From: an uncultured Candidatus Rokubacteria bacterium
GTDB lineage: Bacteria > Methylomirabilota > Methylomirabilia > Rokubacteriales > DASRDR01
NCBI GenBank assembly: GCA_963708025.1
Contig: CAVPSB010000022.1
Coordinates: 194,162 to 258,161, forward strand
Direction: 5' to 3'
Length of the DNA stretch: 64,000 bases
Under the pieces are notes generated by a model. That model ran no database searches. It worked only from the letters and a program-made list of their open reading frames with translations, and was not told where the DNA came from. How positions within the stretch are numbered: the stretch's first letter is position 1; the number at the start of each line of letters is the position of its first letter. The position numbers and the translations under genes were made by a program. This document shows, one piece after another, positions 59,662 through 64,000 of this stretch.

Positions 59662-61941
59662 GTGATCACCCCGGTCCCCATACGGACGACCCTCCTCGCC
59701 GCCGCCGCCCTCGTCGTCCTCACGCCGGCCCTCCTGGGAGCGGCGGCGTACTGGAGCGGCGGGCCGGGACCCCTGGTCCTCGCCGCCGGGCTCGGCCTGC
59801 TGGCCGGCGGCGGCGCGGCCTTCCTCTTCGTGCACCGGGTGTTCCGCCCCGTGACCCGGCCGGGCGACATCGTGGAGCGGGTGACGGCGGGAGGCGACAT
59901 CCCGCCCGAAGGCCCGCCCGCCGGCGACGAGCTCCCGCGTCCCGGCTCCGCCGTCGAGCGCCTGACCGACCAGCTCGTCCAGCGAGAAGAGACGCTCGAC
60001 CGCGTCCGCCGGGAAGCCGAGACCTTCGTCGAGATCCAGCGCGACCTGACGGAGACGCTCGAGCTGGTGCCGCTCCTCCAGAAGATCGCGCGCCACGCGC
60101 GCCTCGTCTGCCGGAGCGACCTGGTCTACATCGCGCCCTTCGACCGGCGCACGGGGGTCGCTCGCGTCGTCGCCCTGATGGGCGAGCGAGGCGCGGCCCT
60201 CGGGCACCTCCGCATCGAGCCGGGCCGGGGCATCGCGGGGCGCGTGCTGGCCAGCCGCCGGCCCGTCCGCACCGCGGCGTTCGCCGACGACGCCACGCTC
60301 TGGGACGGGCTGGCCGATCCGGTGGCGGCGGAGGGAGTGGTCGCCGCCCTGGCGGTGCCGATCATCCTGGAGCAGGAGCTGATCGGGATCATCTTCGTCG
60401 CCAACCGCACCGCGACCGCCTTCACCGAGCATGACGAGGCGGTGCTGCTCCGGCTGGCCCTGCCCGCGGCGCTGGCCATCCGGAACGCCCGCCTGGTCGG
60501 CGAGCTGGAGCAGGAGCGCGACCTGCTCACCGTTCGATCGCGGGAGCTGGCCCGGTCGGAAGCCCAGCTCCGCGGCATCGTCCAGGCGGCCACCGACGGG
60601 ATCCTGACCGTCGACGGGCACGGTCACATCACGTCGGTCAACCGGGCCGCCCAGCTCATGTTCGGCTACACTGCCGAGGAGCTCCTGGCCCAGGAGCTCC
60701 ACCTGCTCATCCCGGCCCCCGCCGAGGCCCTGGATGCCTCCGGGGGGCCCGGGCCGCCCGCCACCCCCCGCAGCGAGATGGAAGGCGTCCGGCGGGACGG
60801 CTCCCGGTTCCCCATCGAGCTGAGCGTCAGCGTGGTGCGCACCGAGCACGACCACTTCTTCGCCGTTGTCGTCCAGGACATCACCGAGCGCAAGCAGGCG
60901 CACGAAACGAGCTTCCGGCTAGCCTCGATCGTCGAGTCCTCCGACGACGCGATCATCGGCTGGAGCCCGGACCTCCGCATCACGAGCTGGAACCCGGGCG
61001 CCGAGCGGATGTACGGCTACGCCGCCGAGGAGGTCCTCGGGCAGTCGTTCCCGATGCTGGTGCCGGCCGACCGCCGGAACGAGATCGGCGACTTCGTGGA
61101 GCGGCTCCGGCGCGGGGAGCACCTCCAGGGCCAGGAGACCATGTGGCTCCGGAAGGACGGCCGCCCCATCGACGTGTCGCTCACGATCTCGGCGACCCGC
61201 GACGAGGCCGGCCGGATCACCGGGTTCTCGACGATCGCCCGCGACGTCACCGAACGGATGGCGATCGAGCGGCTCAAGGCGGAGTTCCTCGCCACCGTGT
61301 CCCACGAGCTTCGGACGCCGCTCAGCGCCATCCGGGGCCACATCGAGCTGGTCCTGGACGGCGACGCCGGCCCGGTCACCGAGCTCCAGCGGCAGTTCCT
61401 CGACATCGCCACCCAGAGCACCGACCGGCTGGGCGCCCTGATCAACGACCTCCTCGACATGGAAAAGATCGAGGCGGGCAAGATGCAGATCCGCCAGGAG
61501 CCGGTGGATCTCGCGAGCGTCCTGCGGGGCGTCGTGTTGACCTTCCGTCACGAGGCCGAGCGGAAGGGCCTGGGCTTCGGCGCGGAGATCGCGGACCGGC
61601 TCGTCGTGATCGGGGATCAGGACCGGCTGATCCAGGTCTTCGCGAACCTCGTCTCCAACGCCATCAAGTACACCGCCCGGGGGGAGGTCGGCGTCCGGGC
61701 CGCCCGGCGGGACGGTCGGATCATCGTGGTCGTGCACGACACCGGCATCGGCATCTCGGCCGAGGACCGGCCGCAGCTCTTCTCGAAGTTCTTCCGGAGT
61801 CAGGACCGCGCGGTCCGGGACGCCGGCGGGACCGGGCTCGGCCTCGTCATCGCCAAGGGGATCGTGGAGCGACACGGTGGGAGCATCGAGGTGGAGAGCG
61901 AGAAGGGCGTGGGAACCCGATTCACGGTCTCGCTGCCCTGA
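59662..61941 (+). CDS. Sensor histidine kinase (2TM, HAMP-like, GAF, PAS, PAS, HisKA, HATPase)
   Basis: H-box SHELRTPL, N-box NLVSNAIKY, DTGIGI and GTGLGL; PAS ends QDITERK and RDVTER. Confidence 0.93.
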   Translation: MITPVPIRTTLLAAAALVVLTPALLGAAAYWSGGPGPLVLAAGLGLLAGGGAAFLFVHRVFRPVTRPGDIVERVTAGGDIPPEGPPAGDELPRPGSAVERLTDQLVQREETLDRVRREAETFVEIQRDLTETLELVPLLQKIARHARLVCRSDLVYIAPFDRRTGVARVVALMGERGAALGHLRIEPGRGIAGRVLASRRPVRTAAFADDATLWDGLADPVAAEGVVAALAVPIILEQELIGIIFVANRTATAFTEHDEAVLLRLALPAALAIRNARLVGELEQERDLLTVRSRELARSEAQLRGIVQAATDGILTVDGHGHITSVNRAAQLMFGYTAEELLAQELHLLIPAPAEALDASGGPGPPATPRSEMEGVRRDGSRFPIELSVSVVRTEHDHFFAVVVQDITERKQAHETSFRLASIVESSDDAIIGWSPDLRITSWNPGAERMYGYAAEEVLGQSFPMLVPADRRNEIGDFVERLRRGEHLQGQETMWLRKDGRPIDVSLTISATRDEAGRITGFSTIARDVTERMAIERLKAEFLATVSHELRTPLSAIRGHIELVLDGDAGPVTELQRQFLDIATQSTDRLGALINDLLDMEKIEAGKMQIRQEPVDLASVLRGVVLTFRHEAERKGLGFGAEIADRLVVIGDQDRLIQVFANLVSNAIKYTARGEVGVRAARRDGRIIVVVHDTGIGISAEDRPQLFSKFFRSQDRAVRDAGGTGLGLVIAKGIVERHGGSIEVESEKGVGTRFTVSLP

Positions 61942-61946
61942 CGCGA

Positions 61947-62255
61947 TCAGAGAACGCCGCGCGAGGTGAGAAAACCCGCGATCACCGCGGCGAGGATCAG
62001 CGCGATCCGGCTCACCAGGAGGTAGGCGCTGAGGCCGAGCCCCAGCAGGCCGCCCAGGACCGGCAGCTGCAGGTAGGTGAACGCCAGGAAGAGCAAGATC
62101 CCCACCAGGATCGCCGGCAGGATCGCCGCCAGGAAGGCGGTGCCCGGCGAGCCCGCGATCCAGCCGCCGAGGGCGCCGGCGACGATGGGGCCGACCACCG
62201 GCGCCCAGAAGAGCAGCAGATCCACGACCACCATGACCAGCATGGCGCTGATCAT
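61947..62255 (-). CDS. Small hydrophobic membrane protein
   Basis: 102 aa, almost entirely TM, Gly-rich; GGAGGGG RBS upstream. Confidence 0.7.
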   Translation of the reverse strand: MISAMLVMVVVDLLLFWAPVVGPIVAGALGGWIAGSPGTAFLAAILPAILVGILLFLAFTYLQLPVLGGLLGLGLSAYLLVSRIALILAAVIAGFLTSRGVL

Positions 62256-62295
62256 CGCCGCGCCCCCTCCTTCCCCAGCGGACCTCCCGCTTGCC

Positions 62296-63636
62296 CTATC
62301 CGCCGGTCCCGGTCTCCTGCCGCAGCCGGGCCAGGGCCTGCTCCAGGGCGGCGGCGATCTCCTCGACCTCCCGCTCCCCCATCGGCGTGGAGAGGCACCC
62401 GAGTCCGTTGGTGTTGACCACGACGCCGGCCTCCAGGAGGTGGTAGAAGAGCCGCGTGAGGCGCGCCTCGGCGTCCGAGTCCGCCGCGTCCCGGTAGCTC
62501 CGGAGCGGCCGCGCCGTGAGGAGGAGCCGGAAGAGTGAGCCGTCTCCCGTCACCTGCCCGGGAACGCCGCTCGCCCGGAAGACCTCGGTCAGTCGGGTCC
62601 GCAGGCGGCGCCCCAGGGCTTCCAGCCGGTCGAAGGCGGCCTGGTCCATCGCGGTCATCGCCGCCAGCCCGGCCCCCATGCTCACGGGGTTGCCACTGAA
62701 GGTGCCGCCGGAGGCGATGCGCGGCCCGCGGGTCCCGGGGTCGAAGACCTCCATGACCTCGACGCTCCCGCCGGTCGCGCCGATCGGGAAGCCACCCCCG
62801 ATGATCTTGCCGAAGGCGACGAGGTCCGGCTCCCCGCCGTAGCGGCCGGACGCCCCGGTGAAGCCGACCCGGAAGCTGATCACCTCGTCGAAGATCAGGA
62901 GGATGCCGTGGGCGCGGGTCAGCGCCCGGAGGAACGCCAGGAAGCCGTCGGCCGGTGGGATGAAGCCCATCCGGTTCGACAGCGGGTCCACCAGCACCGC
63001 CGCCAGCTCGTTCCGGTGCTGGGCGATGAGGCGCTCGGTGGCGTCGCGGTCGTTCCAGGGCAGCACCAGGGTCTCCAGGACCCGGTGCTTCGGGATGCCG
63101 CCGCTCGAGGGGACGCTGGCGGGGGCGTCGTCCGGCCCCCAGTCGCCCGGCCGCGAGCTGAAGCTCACCTGGACGTCGTCGTAGTAGCCGTGATAGGCGC
63201 CCTCGAACTTGGCGATGCGGTCCCGCCCGGTGTAGGCACGCGCCGCCTTGATGGCCATCATGACCGCCTCGGTCCCCGAGTTGCCGAAACGCACCCGCTC
63301 GAGGGCCGGGACCCGCTCGACCAGCAGCTCCGCCAGCGCCACCTCCTCCGGCGTCGAGGTGGCGAACGCGGTCCCCCGGCTCACCTGGCGGGTCACCGCC
63401 TCCACGATCGGCGGGAAGCCGTGGCCGTGGATCAGGGCCGTGAAGTTGTTGATGGCGTCCAGCCGCTCCACGCCGTCCACGTCCGTCACCCGGCACCCGG
63501 CGCCGGACGCGACGTAGCACGGGTGAGGCCGCATGTGCATGTTCGCCTTCGAGGTGCCGCCCGGAATGACCTTCCGCGCCCGCTCGTAGAGCTGCGCCGA
63601 CGCCGACCCCGGCTCCCGGTAGGTTGCTCCGCTCAT
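62296..63636 (-). CDS. Class III PLP aminotransferase (glutamate-1-semialdehyde aminomutase-like)
   Basis: IPGG, NSGTEA, KFEGAYHG, LIFDEV, FGKIIGGGFP and GTFSGNP motifs. Confidence 0.88.
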   Translation of the reverse strand: MSGATYREPGSASAQLYERARKVIPGGTSKANMHMRPHPCYVASGAGCRVTDVDGVERLDAINNFTALIHGHGFPPIVEAVTRQVSRGTAFATSTPEEVALAELLVERVPALERVRFGNSGTEAVMMAIKAARAYTGRDRIAKFEGAYHGYYDDVQVSFSSRPGDWGPDDAPASVPSSGGIPKHRVLETLVLPWNDRDATERLIAQHRNELAAVLVDPLSNRMGFIPPADGFLAFLRALTRAHGILLIFDEVISFRVGFTGASGRYGGEPDLVAFGKIIGGGFPIGATGGSVEVMEVFDPGTRGPRIASGGTFSGNPVSMGAGLAAMTAMDQAAFDRLEALGRRLRTRLTEVFRASGVPGQVTGDGSLFRLLLTARPLRSYRDAADSDAEARLTRLFYHLLEAGVVVNTNGLGCLSTPMGEREVEEIAAALEQALARLRQETGTGG

Positions 63637-63708
63637 CTCGCGCCTCCTTCGCCGCCGTGGTCCGCACGGCGCCGGGCCTCATCTTACTCGACCGGCCGCG
63701 CCGCGCGC

Positions 63709-63737
63709 TAGACACGCCCGGCGGCTTCTGGTAAGGT
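63709..63737 (+). promoter_or_regulatory. Putative sigma70 promoter of the tRNA
   Basis: TAGACA-N17-TAAGGT with TG extension, 22 bp before the tRNA. Confidence 0.55.
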
Positions 63738-63759
63738 GAGCGACGCTTTCGGCCCCAGT

Positions 63760-63835
63760 GGACAGGTAGCTCAGTTGGTAGAGCACGGGACTGAAAATCC
63801 CGGTGTCGGGAGTTCAACTCTCCCCCTGTCCACCA
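63760..63835 (+). tRNA. tRNA-Phe (GAA)
   Basis: 76 nt; acceptor GGACAGG/CCTGTCC-A-CCA, D-arm GCTCAGTTGGTAGAGC, anticodon arm CGGGA-CTGAAAA-TCCCG, T-loop TTCAACT. Confidence 0.97.
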
Positions 63836-64000
63836 TTTCCTTCCGTGGTTAGTCCAGCCCCCGAGCGTTGACGCCGCCGGGGCAGTAACGGGGTCACTTG
63901 TGCCCGCCCGGAGCCTCGCAACCGCGACCTGGTTCATCGCCGGAGGACGCGGGCCAGTCACCACGACCTCTCGGACCGCGGCGCCAAGTTCTCGACCCGC

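Noticed and set aside
62296-63636. Assigning hemL to the aminotransferase
   Set aside because: The family is clear, but the sequence diverges from typical HemL (no GGVNSPVR) and no tetrapyrrole genes are adjacent.
63760-64000. tRNA-Phe as an island attachment site for the glycan region
   Set aside because: No integrase and no duplicated tRNA 3' end were seen in the window; anything integrated there would lie downstream, outside view.

Overview
A very GC-rich bacterial window (a diderm, since it encodes an outer-membrane beta-barrel) occupied almost entirely by a mosaic cell-surface glycan region, ending at tRNA-Phe(GAA). Modules in order: (1) 1-14.5 kb, a GT2-FkbM-GT2 fusion, a Sat/APS-kinase (PAPS supply), a polyprenyl-phosphate glycosyltransferase and an NDP-heptose pathway (hddA, hddC, gmhA, gmhB fused to transaldolase) with extra redox enzymes and a radical SAM gene. 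(2) 14.5-27.5 kb, a duplicated and partly decayed block with three ~750-aa paralogous polytopic membrane proteins (GT-C-like), methyltransferases (one present as an intact gene plus two relics), and an MBOAT + SGNH O-acylation pair with an uncalled 36-46 aa DltX-like peptide ending in FIYVTF. (3) 27.7-34 kb, two secreted enzymes (LamG-glucose/sorbosone dehydrogenase and an S8 subtilase) that share four ~100-aa C-terminal repeats, separated by a stand-alone copy of the subtilase propeptide. (4) 34.6-40.5 kb, a CDP-C-methyl-deoxysugar pathway. (5) 41.6-53.2 kb, GTs, GT-C-like proteins, a Wzx flippase and a sugar-1-P guanylyltransferase. (6) 53.5-62 kb, a synthase-type exopolysaccharide operon (processive GT2, beta-helix protein, WecB, YaiO barrel) with a receiver and a GAF/PAS kinase. 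(7) A class III aminotransferase and the tRNA. A dispersed intergenic repeat family (five copies, GGCC-GAA-GGCC hairpin core, G/C tracts) supplies stop codons and ribosome-binding sites. Roughly twenty single-base frameshifts in otherwise intact genes look like long-read errors, whereas several truncated or internally deleted genes look like real relics. All product calls come from motif recognition by eye; no searches were run.
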